Shown here: in pieces, positions 38,978-48,054 of the stretch | Position numbering within the stretch: position 1 is the stretch's first letter | Layout: each line of letters starts with the position of its first letter | Source: Candidatus Bathyarchaeota archaeon | GTDB lineage: Archaea; Thermoproteota; Bathyarchaeia; Bathyarchaeales; Bathycorpusculaceae | Direction of reading: 5' to 3' | Length of the DNA stretch: 64,000 nt | Assembly: GCA_963733095.1 (NCBI GenBank) | Contig: CAVTBV010000012.1 | Location: 320,001-384,000 of the forward strand | Notes under the pieces: generated by a model | Databases searched by the model: none | Told to the model about the DNA's origin: nothing | The model's input: the letters and a program-made list of their open reading frames with translations, nothing else | Position numbers and translations under genes: made by a program

Positions 38978-41567
38978 CTATGGTTTTTTCCTAAGCAGTA
39001 GTACGCCAACGATGGCTATTGCAATGATTATAGCGGTTACTCCGGCAGCCATGTACATCATAAGATCATTAGTTGTCGCTAAACCCAACATCGTGTCTGC
39101 GGACGCAGCTGTTGATGATGATGCTACTGGATCAACTGCGAAAGCGGCTTCTGAATAAGACGAATAGTAAGACTCAGAGCCTGGGAATGTTGCGATAACT
39201 GTGTATTTGCCTTCAATATCGGGAGTCCACTGGAAGCTAAATGTGCCGGTGGCATCACTCGTGGCTGTACCGATGTTGCGATAGTTGCCGTTTGAATCAA
39301 TTACATCGATTGAAACTGGAACCCCAGTTGTGTTGCTGGGACGTGGCTGCTGCATGTAAACGTACTCCATAAAGGCTTGTTGGCTTGCTTCAGAAACACA
39401 TGGAAGACCGTTTGGGAAGCGCGCAGCTGATACTTCTTGTGATGCACCTGCAGAGATATCCATAACTGTGCCAGCGATAACTATCGAACTGCCTAAATTA
39501 ATTGCCGCTTGAGGCGCAGTGACTTTTGTAACGGTTGGTCCTTTGCCCCATGCGTATAGCTGGTTGTCGTAAGCATTCAGCGTTGTCATGATGCCGTCTG
39601 AGATGGCTGGTGCGCTTGTAACGTCAAAAGCAGTTATGCTCCAAACAACAGAGCCGTCGGTGAGATTTAGCGCCATCTGTTGTGCGTGGTGGAATAAGGG
39701 TGGGCTATACATGTGGCCTACAGGAACAAACAGCTTGCCGTCTGCAACTGTTCCTACACTGAAAGTCCAAAACGGCCACGTACCATAAGGAGACTCATAA
39801 CCACTTGATGGCGCGTGATATTCCCAGTTAAAAGTCCCAGTTGCCATGTCGATAGAATAAGCATCTCCTCCATAAGTCCATGTTAGCAATGTGCCGTTAG
39901 GACCTGGACAGTAACGTTGGCCAAGTGAAGTGAAAGGATTAACGTTCGGCATTGGTTTTGGTCCCCAGATCTTGTCTCCCGTGGTAAGGCTGTAGCCTGT
40001 TGCTGTTAATGCGGCAGAATCAAATTCGACCCAAACGCCGTACCCCATAGTTTCAGCGCCGAAAAGAACCCTGGAATTTTCAACTTCTGTATGGTTCTTT
40101 GGGCCCCAAAGTAGGTGTCCGTCGACTGCACTGTAGCCTGCTACAACATACCATCCGCCTTGGAAGTAGGCAGATTGACCACTTGCATACGATAGAAGTA
40201 CTACGCCGCCGTTGATTCCGTTAAGGCTCAAAGATATAGGATTGCCGTCGATCTGTGTTGCGATTGGTGCGGACCATTCTATTCCATTTTGGAATGCGAT
40301 CACACCGTCTTGGGGAGGCCTCCATTGCCACCCGTTCGGGTCACCGTTACCGTTTACGCCTCGCATGATTGCCCTAGGTAGAGTTCCACACAGTGAGCGA
40401 TCGCTGACCCCCACTTGAATTAACATAGTAGCCTATCAAACCGCCGTAGTCATCAAGTTGAATCGAGTTCAAGCCAGTACCGTTGACAATGCTAAGGATA
40501 TATTTACCCGTCATAGCGTCATACATGCTGTAGGTTGTTCCAGTAGAAACAACTCCAGTTACCGAGCCTGTAGCCCACAGGTATGCTCGTGCGCCGTATT
40601 CGTTAGGTGTTAAATAATCCATTATTTGACCGCATTTTAGAATCGTCGTGTAGTCTTGTGTCCATATTGTCTCTCCAGTGTGCAAGTTAACTGCTGCCCA
40701 GCCTGCTGGATTAGCAGTAGAACCAGGATACATAGTGTAGTAGAGCATACCGTTCATGATTATTGGTGCGAACTTTGGCTGATATTGCGATGTTGACCAG
40801 AAGTTGCTTTGTTGATCACTGCCGAATTCTCCTCCGACTGTGCCGCCGAAAGCTATAGGCTTTGTCCACATGATGTGGGGACTGTTAGGCGCAGTTGTAT
40901 AGGGTGCATAGCTTCCTTGTGCATTGTACTGTCCTGTGTTTGCAAATGTCGACACTCCAAGACCAAGCCAGTTGCCGCCTATGGCGTACCATAAATCGTT
41001 GTTCTGGGCGTAGATTGGGCGAGTCCAGTATTCGGATGGAAGCGGAATTACAGGTGCATAGCTTATTGGTTCTTGCTGAACGGGCAGGGTAAATAAGTTG
41101 CTCTTGCTAGGTTCATAATAGTCGCCTACGAACGGGTTAGTCGATGGTAGTCCATTAGCTGTATTTAACCCTAATAATGTGTTGCCGCCAAAGACCATCT
41201 GGAAAGTGTAATTGCCAACTGATGTAGGTGTGTAGGTGGTGTGTGATCCTCCCGTGTCATCGGATGAGAATGGACCTAGTGTTTCAGTGGTTCCGTCTGG
41301 ATGTGTCACTACAACAGTCATGTCTGTCCATCTGTCACCAGAGGCCATAGCTGCTGTTGGTGGCGGTACTTGAAGCCAGAAATTGACGTTAACCTGTTGA
41401 CCAACACCTATAGGAGAAGGCGCAATATTTATGAAACAGTAGGTTGGAAGTGACCATGATGGATCATGTGCACTAGCGCTTGGCAGTAATGTTATTGAAG
41501 CTCCCATTGAAACTGTCAGGATTGCTGCAATCAAAATAGCCACAGTTTTATTTTTTATTTTCAGCAT
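38978..41567 (-). pseudogene. Surface beta-propeller paralog 7 split by a +1 frameshift near 40376
   Basis: ORF 40374..41567 (ASA|HDP...VWNST*) plus ORF 38978..40426 (RAIM...GHMYSPP...RKKP). Paralog 6 reads WNSTQAIM across this point, so there is one extra base in ACC-TAG-G. Confidence 0.75.
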
Positions 41568-41628
41568 TTTTTATTTTTCCTTTTTCTTCTGTAATTATAG
41601 TATTGGTCTTTAGTTTGTTTAAAAAACG

Positions 41629-41637
41629 TTGTAACAA
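41629..41637. promoter_or_regulatory. Palindromic operator candidate TTGTAACAA (copy 3)
   Basis: On the - strand it lies directly upstream of a TTTTTTAAA TATA-like box, about 60 nt before the paralog 7 start. Confidence 0.55.
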
Positions 41638-41726
41638 GTTGTACTTATGACAAACTTTCAATAAAATATTTTTTCATTAAATAAATAATTATGATAAAAA
41701 TAAATCATAAATAATGCTTGTTGTTT

Positions 41727-41819
41727 GCTGGGGTTCCAGAATTGTGGAAGGAAAGAAAAATGCAAAAACGGGCTAAATCAATCAATTTATAGGAGAATCC
41801 CTTCTGGAACCCTTTCAGC
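41727..41819 (+). ncRNA. Putative structured RNA or repeated element, copy 3 (diverged)
   Basis: GCTGGGGTTCCAGAA...TTCTGGAACCCTTTCAGC stem with changed but still paired arms. Central AAATGCAAAA is retained. Confidence 0.45.
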
Positions 41820-41949
41820 CAAGCCCAAACTTCATTCCCCAATTAATATACCTCTCAAACTATTTTTAAAAATGTGTAATCAGTACGCCTTCAGACAAAA
41901 AATGCCTTGGTTTCAGGAAAAATTCTTAAATCATCTCGATAAAAGTTAA

Positions 41950-42741
41950 ATGAGAAAAATGACACAAACCGAAGAAGAATCGATTGAAATATTCACAAGT
42001 TTAGGACTTACATATGTGCAAGCAAAACTGTATTTAGCCATTGTCAGACTTGGGAGCATCGGCGGCGACGTTAAAAAAATTTCTCGCGAATCAAGTGTGG
42101 TTCGACAAGACATCTACAGAGTTTTACCCAGTCTACAAAAACTCGGATTAACCGAAAAAATAATCTCTAAACCAACAAGCTACAGGGCAATTCCCCTAGA
42201 AAAAGGATTTTCCACACTCCTAAACAAAAAAACCAGTGAATATTCTGATCTCAAGAAAAAGGCAAAGACAGTTTTTGACAAAGTTGCTTTATGCGCCACT
42301 AAAGGTGATGCTGATGAAGACCCGCAGTTTGTAATAACTTCAGAGAGAGAACTTTTCCTAAGAAAAGTCAAAGAAGACATTGAAGAAACAAAGTCCTGCA
42401 TCCGGGTGATATACTCAAAAGAAAGAATGAGCATAATTGCGTTTCACACAGGAGATCAACTTGAAAAAGCCATGGCAAGGGGTATTAAAATTCAGGCTCT
42501 CACAGACAAATCACAAGAGAATACACTGGACAGAAACATCCAAATGCTCAAGAAAAACCCAGCCTTTGAGCTCAGATTTGTCGAAGAGGTTACTGTCGGT
42601 TTAATAATTTTCGATTATAAAGAAGTTAACCTTCGTATGGCAAAAACCATAGTTCCGAGTCTATGGACAAATAACCGAAACGTTGCGAAACTAGCGGATA
42701 TGTATTTTGAGAATCTCTGGAAAAAAGCCCCAACAGAATAA
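41950..42741 (+). CDS. TrmB-family transcriptional regulator
   Basis: LGLTYVQAKLYLA...RQDIYRVLPSLQKLGL...KPTSYRAIP wHTH plus C-terminal IIFD PLD-like domain. Confidence 0.85.
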   Translation: MRKMTQTEEESIEIFTSLGLTYVQAKLYLAIVRLGSIGGDVKKISRESSVVRQDIYRVLPSLQKLGLTEKIISKPTSYRAIPLEKGFSTLLNKKTSEYSDLKKKAKTVFDKVALCATKGDADEDPQFVITSERELFLRKVKEDIEETKSCIRVIYSKERMSIIAFHTGDQLEKAMARGIKIQALTDKSQENTLDRNIQMLKKNPAFELRFVEEVTVGLIIFDYKEVNLRMAKTIVPSLWTNNRNVAKLADMYFENLWKKAPTE

Positions 42742-42883
42742 AACGCAAAAAAAATACTCCTCAATATTCCATGTGTTTAGTAAAGAAGTGCCTCTTTCGT
42801 GTTTTTTTGGTTTATGGGCGATTTTACGGAAACTTTATTATGTATTCGAACGGTTTTTAGAACACCTCAATGAGGAACCTTGG

Positions 42884-44164
42884 ATGACAGAAACCTCTGA
42901 AGCCTATGGAACAAGAGAAAATTGGCCACCTTACACTTACAGGGATTACCCCGGCATAAAACCAGAAGCCTACGAAGCCTTCATGAAATTCCTGAACACA
43001 GAGAACACTTCAGGCAGACTGATGGAACTGCAACCATGGGTTTCCGTTTGCGATTCGAAATGCGCATTCTGTTATTTCCCAACCACAGCATCAAGCAAAG
43101 TGCAGATTGAACCCTACCTTGACCTCCTCAAAAAAGAACTTGCCATGTACGCCAAAACCAAATATGTTAAAACCAGCGTGTTTGACGAAATTGTTTTGGG
43201 CGGCGGAACTCCCAGCGTGCTTAGCGCTGAACAAATTATTGATTTAATCGATTTCTGCAAAGCTAACTTTAACACTAGTAAAGAATACTTTATCAAAGTC
43301 ACTGGTTCCTCAAAGACGCTGGCGATTCCAAAAATCGACAAGTTGGCAGAGTACGGTGTCTACCAGATGGACATGGGCGCACAAACCTTCGACGACAAAC
43401 TACGCAAAGCGTTGTGCTTGCCCGATAGCGCCATTGATGTCGAGAGAGCAATAAAGCATGCTAGAAAACTTGGGTTAGTGGTCTGCGTTGACTTAATGTA
43501 TAATTTGCCCGGGCAAACAATGGAAAGCTGGGTTGACACGCTCAAGAAAACCATCGAGTTGGATGCAGAAGTTGACGCTTACTCGTTACATGTAGATCCA
43601 GGAACTATTTTAGAGAAAATGATTAAAAACGGCACCTCCCCACCACAAGGCGACGCCGAGAACGAGAAACAAATGTTCATAACCGCACACAAAATGCTCA
43701 CCGATGCAGGCTATAAAGCAGTGGGTCATGACCGCTATAGCCGCGTTGAATGGCATATGCGTGAAAACTGCCTTAACGGCTGGCCATGGGGAGGCATCTT
43801 AACCACTGGTGCAGGCTGCTTTATGGGTTACCTGCAGAAATTCTCATATTCCAACATCGAAAACATCAACGAGTACATGGATACAGTGAAGTTGGGTAAA
43901 CTGCCCATCTGCAGACTATCCGAATCAACAACTGAAGACATGATGCGCAGAACTATGACAAGACTCTACCTCCGACTGCCAGTCAGCAAAAAAGAGTTCA
44001 TGGAGAAATTCAACACCACTCCCGAGCAAGTGTTTCCAAAGCAACTGCAGAAACTTAAAGAGCAAGGGTTAATCGAGATTGATGACAAAGAAATTCGCCT
44101 AACAAAGAAGGGCGAACTTTGGAAAGGCAACATTGCTTGGGAATTCGCACCCAACCATGCTTAA
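42884..44164 (+). CDS. HemN/HemW-like (class C) radical SAM enzyme
   Basis: ORF from 42707; likely start MTETSEA at 42884. CDSKCAFC, LGGGTPS, MGAQTFD, DLMYNLPGQT, C-terminal GLI...IRLT.KG. Confidence 0.85.
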   Translation: MTETSEAYGTRENWPPYTYRDYPGIKPEAYEAFMKFLNTENTSGRLMELQPWVSVCDSKCAFCYFPTTASSKVQIEPYLDLLKKELAMYAKTKYVKTSVFDEIVLGGGTPSVLSAEQIIDLIDFCKANFNTSKEYFIKVTGSSKTLAIPKIDKLAEYGVYQMDMGAQTFDDKLRKALCLPDSAIDVERAIKHARKLGLVVCVDLMYNLPGQTMESWVDTLKKTIELDAEVDAYSLHVDPGTILEKMIKNGTSPPQGDAENEKQMFITAHKMLTDAGYKAVGHDRYSRVEWHMRENCLNGWPWGGILTTGAGCFMGYLQKFSYSNIENINEYMDTVKLGKLPICRLSESTTEDMMRRTMTRLYLRLPVSKKEFMEKFNTTPEQVFPKQLQKLKEQGLIEIDDKEIRLTKKGELWKGNIAWEFAPNHA

Positions 44165-44284
44165 TTTTTTCCATTAAGCTTTCAGTTGATTTTTTTTATC
44201 TGTCGAGAATGAGCCTGTTTTTAATTTTAGTCTAATTAATTAAAAGAAAAATAAAGGAAGGGAAAGGTTGTTTCCCTATTGGTT

Positions 44285-46903
44285 TTAGGCGTGTTTTTTA
44301 ACCGTTGACCAGACAACTATGGCTGCGAGGACGATGATTGCAACGATCATGACAACAGAGAGCGGTAGGAAGTATAGGTCTGCGTTCGATTGTGGTACTG
44401 CTGTGGTTGGCGCGGGAGTAATGTCTGGTGCTGCCATTACGTTGAATGCAGTTTCGGATGATGATTGCCAATAAGAGTTCGAGCCTGCGAATGTAGCGAT
44501 TACTGTGTAGGTTCCTGGGACGTCTGGAGTGTATGCTTTTGCGAACATTCCGTTTGCGTCGGTTGTGGTGGTTCCGATGACGAAAGAGTTACCGTTCGGG
44601 TCGATGGTTGTTAAGGTCACTGTTACGCCTGTTACGTTTGTTGGGCATGGTCCTTGTTGGTAGACGTATTGCATCCATCCAGTCTGACTTGCGTCTGAGA
44701 CTGCTGGAACGCCATTTGGAAAGTCTGCTGCTTGTTGTTTTTGTGTTGTGCCGGCTGAAATGTCCATTACTGAGCCCTGTATGAGTACGTTGTTTCCTTG
44801 TGGAATGACGTTGGTTTGGATGTTGACGTTGGTGTTGCTTGGTCCTTTGCCTACGACGTATACTTGTCCGTCATATGCGTTAGCGAATGCCATGTAGCCG
44901 TCAGCGATAGCGATGGGTGCCATGGATGTGCCAAGTCCTGAAGCTGACCAATCTGGAAGTGCCCAGAGTTCTTGTCCAGTGAAGGAGTCTATAGCGCGTG
45001 CCATGTATCCTCTGTATAATGGTGTGTTGGGGGAGTGCTCTCCTGACATTGTGTATACTATGCCGTCTGCAAATCCTGCAATGTGAGTTGGGTAATTGCC
45101 CCATGCAGTGTTGTCGCCGGTAGCTGTGCTGTTTGCACCTACACCGTTGCCGTAAGTCCACAGTAGGGTGCCGTTTGACATTGAGTAGCAGTAGACAACT
45201 CCGCCGTAGCCGCTAACGTAGAGGTTTCCGTATGCGGGCAAACCTTCGCGTGAGCTGTAGTATTGGAATCCGTTTTGAGCGCGGTCACTTGGACCCCAAA
45301 CTAGTTTTCCATCGGCGAGGCTGTAGGCGAGTCGTTGACCAGTTTCAAAGTATGTCATTGTCCATTCGCGTGTTACTGGATCGATTGGTTGTAAGGCTAA
45401 CATTTCGGTCTGGTTGTTTTCGGGTGCTGCGTATCTTTGAATCCATGAAAGTTGTCCTTGACTGCCGTCTTTGGCACTTAAAGCCCACATTGTCCATGGG
45501 TTGCTGTTTGGTCTAGGTGCTGAAGTTAAGCTAACACTACTGCTGCTGCCAAGTATTATATCGCCTGGGATGACGCCGACGATGCTTGGGTTTGCGGTGC
45601 CTGTTAAATCGTCTGTGATGGTGACGTTCCATGAGTAGGAAGCAGGTGTGCTTTCGTTAACGAATACACCTAAGTTGGAATTGATAGCAAATCCAGTGTT
45701 AGTTGGCCATGCGTATTGACCTGCAGCGACTGATCCAGAGTGTCCAGGATTGCTTGTTATAACTAGAGTTGAATTCCAAAGAGCTAACCAGCCTTGTTTT
45801 AGGTTAGTGTTGTAGCTGAATACGTATCGGTCGATTTCACCGTTGTTCAGGTAAACTTCAGTGCCTGAAGGAACGTTTGTAAGGTTGAATAGGAAAGTTC
45901 CGTCAAATGCGTTATAGCCCATCCATGTTGAGCCAGAAGTCTGCCATAGTATGCCTCCGACCATTCCGTGCTGGTTTGGTGACTGGAAATCAATCAGTTG
46001 TGCTTTTGAGGGGTTAAGTGTGCTGCTTGTCCAAAGTGTTTGTCCAGTTGTTAGGTCCACTGCATTAAGGACTCCGCCAGATCCAGCTTCGCTCAAAGGT
46101 GATTGGTAGTAGAGGATTCCGCTTAAGATCATTGGATTGTTGAATCGTGTGTTGTATGAGAAACCGGAGTAGAAAGTTGCCGCTGTATCGTTCACTTGAG
46201 CTGTGTTGCCAGCCTGAGTTACGACGCCACCGGTTAAACCGCCTAGTTCGAGGGGTTTGGTCCACAATACGTGTGCACTTCTTGGTGCTGCACCGTTTTG
46301 TTGCCAATAGTTAGCTGTAGCTGCTCCGCCAAGCCAGTTTGACCCGATAGAATCCCACAGAATGTTCATGCCGTTTATTGGTCGTGTCCAGAATGCGCTT
46401 GGAAGTGGATTTTCAGTGAATGTTGGCACTGGGTCTTGTTGCACTGTAAAGGTTGTTGTGAAATTGCTTGGTGTGTAGTAGTCACCTTGGTAGGCTCCGC
46501 CGAAGTCATATACTTGTCCTGGAAAGCTGAAAAACAGTGTGTATGTTCCAACTTGGTCGGGTGTGAAGGCATAATATTGTGATGATGTTGGGTCGCTAAC
46601 AACTGGAAAACTTTGGGTTACAACTGTTCCATCTGGTTTTGTGATAGTGAACTGGTAGTCGTGGAATCGAATGTTGTTGGTAAGATCTACACCGTTTATG
46701 GTGTTGTCAAGCCAACCGAAGATAAGCATCTGTTGACCTACACCAATTGGGTTAGGCGTAGCTGCAGCATATGCGTAGGTAGTGATTATCCATGCAGGCG
46801 TATGGGCACTAGCGTTTGGTATAAGTATCGTTGAAGCTCCTATAGAAATTGTTAAGAATACTGCAATCAAAATGGCCAAAGCTTTTGTTTTAAGATTTTG
46901 CAT
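44285..46903 (-). CDS. PQQ-like beta-propeller surface protein, paralog 8
   Basis: ASA|HTP, GEHSPNTP. Closest to paralog 5. TM helix plus KKHA. Confidence 0.8.
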   Translation of the reverse strand: MQNLKTKALAILIAVFLTISIGASTILIPNASAHTPAWIITTYAYAAATPNPIGVGQQMLIFGWLDNTINGVDLTNNIRFHDYQFTITKPDGTVVTQSFPVVSDPTSSQYYAFTPDQVGTYTLFFSFPGQVYDFGGAYQGDYYTPSNFTTTFTVQQDPVPTFTENPLPSAFWTRPINGMNILWDSIGSNWLGGAATANYWQQNGAAPRSAHVLWTKPLELGGLTGGVVTQAGNTAQVNDTAATFYSGFSYNTRFNNPMILSGILYYQSPLSEAGSGGVLNAVDLTTGQTLWTSSTLNPSKAQLIDFQSPNQHGMVGGILWQTSGSTWMGYNAFDGTFLFNLTNVPSGTEVYLNNGEIDRYVFSYNTNLKQGWLALWNSTLVITSNPGHSGSVAAGQYAWPTNTGFAINSNLGVFVNESTPASYSWNVTITDDLTGTANPSIVGVIPGDIILGSSSSVSLTSAPRPNSNPWTMWALSAKDGSQGQLSWIQRYAAPENNQTEMLALQPIDPVTREWTMTYFETGQRLAYSLADGKLVWGPSDRAQNGFQYYSSREGLPAYGNLYVSGYGGVVYCYSMSNGTLLWTYGNGVGANSTATGDNTAWGNYPTHIAGFADGIVYTMSGEHSPNTPLYRGYMARAIDSFTGQELWALPDWSASGLGTSMAPIAIADGYMAFANAYDGQVYVVGKGPSNTNVNIQTNVIPQGNNVLIQGSVMDISAGTTQKQQAADFPNGVPAVSDASQTGWMQYVYQQGPCPTNVTGVTVTLTTIDPNGNSFVIGTTTTDANGMFAKAYTPDVPGTYTVIATFAGSNSYWQSSSETAFNVMAAPDITPAPTTAVPQSNADLYFLPLSVVMIVAIIVLAAIVVWSTVKKHA

Positions 46904-47237
46904 TTAGTTCTCTCTCCTTAATTCGGTAGCAAGGCAAACAAGCAATAACCTTATAAGACTTATGGAAAACTTGTCTCTGATTACAAGTTAGAAGTTTAAA
47001 ATTAGAATTTTTGCATCGGTTTATTCCCAACTGGAATTTAAATGGGAACATAGGCACCCGGCTAATTTCTTCAACAAAATAATGCCCGACGCTAAAAAGA
47101 CAGCATAATTGAAAAAGTTCTCTATGACCTATGGATTAATTCTGAAATGCAAAGCAGACATAGTACAATTAAAGAACTGCAGCATTTTTTTGCAAAAATT
47201 AAGGTTTATAAATAAAAAAAGAAAAGAGATTGGGAAT

Positions 47238-47891
47238 TTAATGGTGCTTCATCGGTTGAATGCCATACCACGTCATTACTTTGCCTAGTATTGGCACTAT
47301 CACACCTAAGGCAATGCCGGGCACAAAGTTAGTTACGACTGCCAACACTGGGTCCTGCGCCCAAGAGTCTTGAGCCATCTGTCTTGCGGGTGCAAGCGAG
47401 ATAGTGTAGTTCATGTAAGCTTTGAGTACTGCAACTATCACTGAAGCAGTGAATCCTGCACCAATCATTCGTTTGAAGTTGGTTGAGCCGTTGTTGAGTG
47501 CGCCAGCCATGTAGCCGATTATAACACCGTAGACAATCCAGTAGAGCATGCTGATGTCGCCAAAGAAGTTGTAAGAAGTTACACCTGCACTTGCATAAAT
47601 TCCGTTATATTGACCTGCTTGAGCTACATAATAGAGGCCGCCCATTATGAAGCCCGCTGCTCCGCCTGCCCACTTATTCCATAAAAGGCCCAAAACCAGC
47701 GGGATACCGAGAATAATCATTTCAGCAAAGCCGTTAACGAGTATGACAGCAATAGTGTTCGTTGCACCTATAACATGGTATGTTCCGCCAACGTTGACGT
47801 AGACTGCGAGGACATAGATGAGTAAAAACAGGATTAATGGTATAATTATGCCTGCGAAGATGTCTGCTAGTTTAAATTTGTTTTCTTCCAT
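47238..47891 (-). CDS. Multi-TM membrane protein, possibly ECF S-component-like
   Basis: About 6 hydrophobic helices and a GLLWNKWAGGAAG small-residue motif. Downstream of rnfC. Confidence 0.55.
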   Translation of the reverse strand: MEENKFKLADIFAGIIIPLILFLLIYVLAVYVNVGGTYHVIGATNTIAVILVNGFAEMIILGIPLVLGLLWNKWAGGAAGFIMGGLYYVAQAGQYNGIYASAGVTSYNFFGDISMLYWIVYGVIIGYMAGALNNGSTNFKRMIGAGFTASVIVAVLKAYMNYTISLAPARQMAQDSWAQDPVLAVVTNFVPGIALGVIVPILGKVMTWYGIQPMKHH

Positions 47892-48054
47892 TTTTTATCC
47901 CTTTTAAATTATTTACGGTGCGAGTTGTTAATAAATTTAATGCTTACAAGCTTGCCATACAAACTAAAATTCTACAAATAAATAACAATAAATTACTTAC
48001 CCTAACAAAGGGACAAAGAAAAAATAAAGAGAGAGGAGGTTTTTAGGCGCGTTT

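Noticed and set aside
40374-40376. Pyrrolysine or UAG read-through in paralog 7
   Set aside because: In-frame read-through hits TAA after 8 codons. The downstream half is in the +1 frame.
398-46903. Diversity-generating retroelement or invertase-driven variation of the surface paralogs
   Set aside because: No reverse transcriptase, recombinase or near-identical TR/VR repeat pair seen in this window.
47020-47050. ORB-like sequence (TTCCAGTTGGGAAT on the - strand) as a replication origin
   Set aside because: Single imperfect match, with no cdc6/orc1 gene or repeated ORBs in the window.
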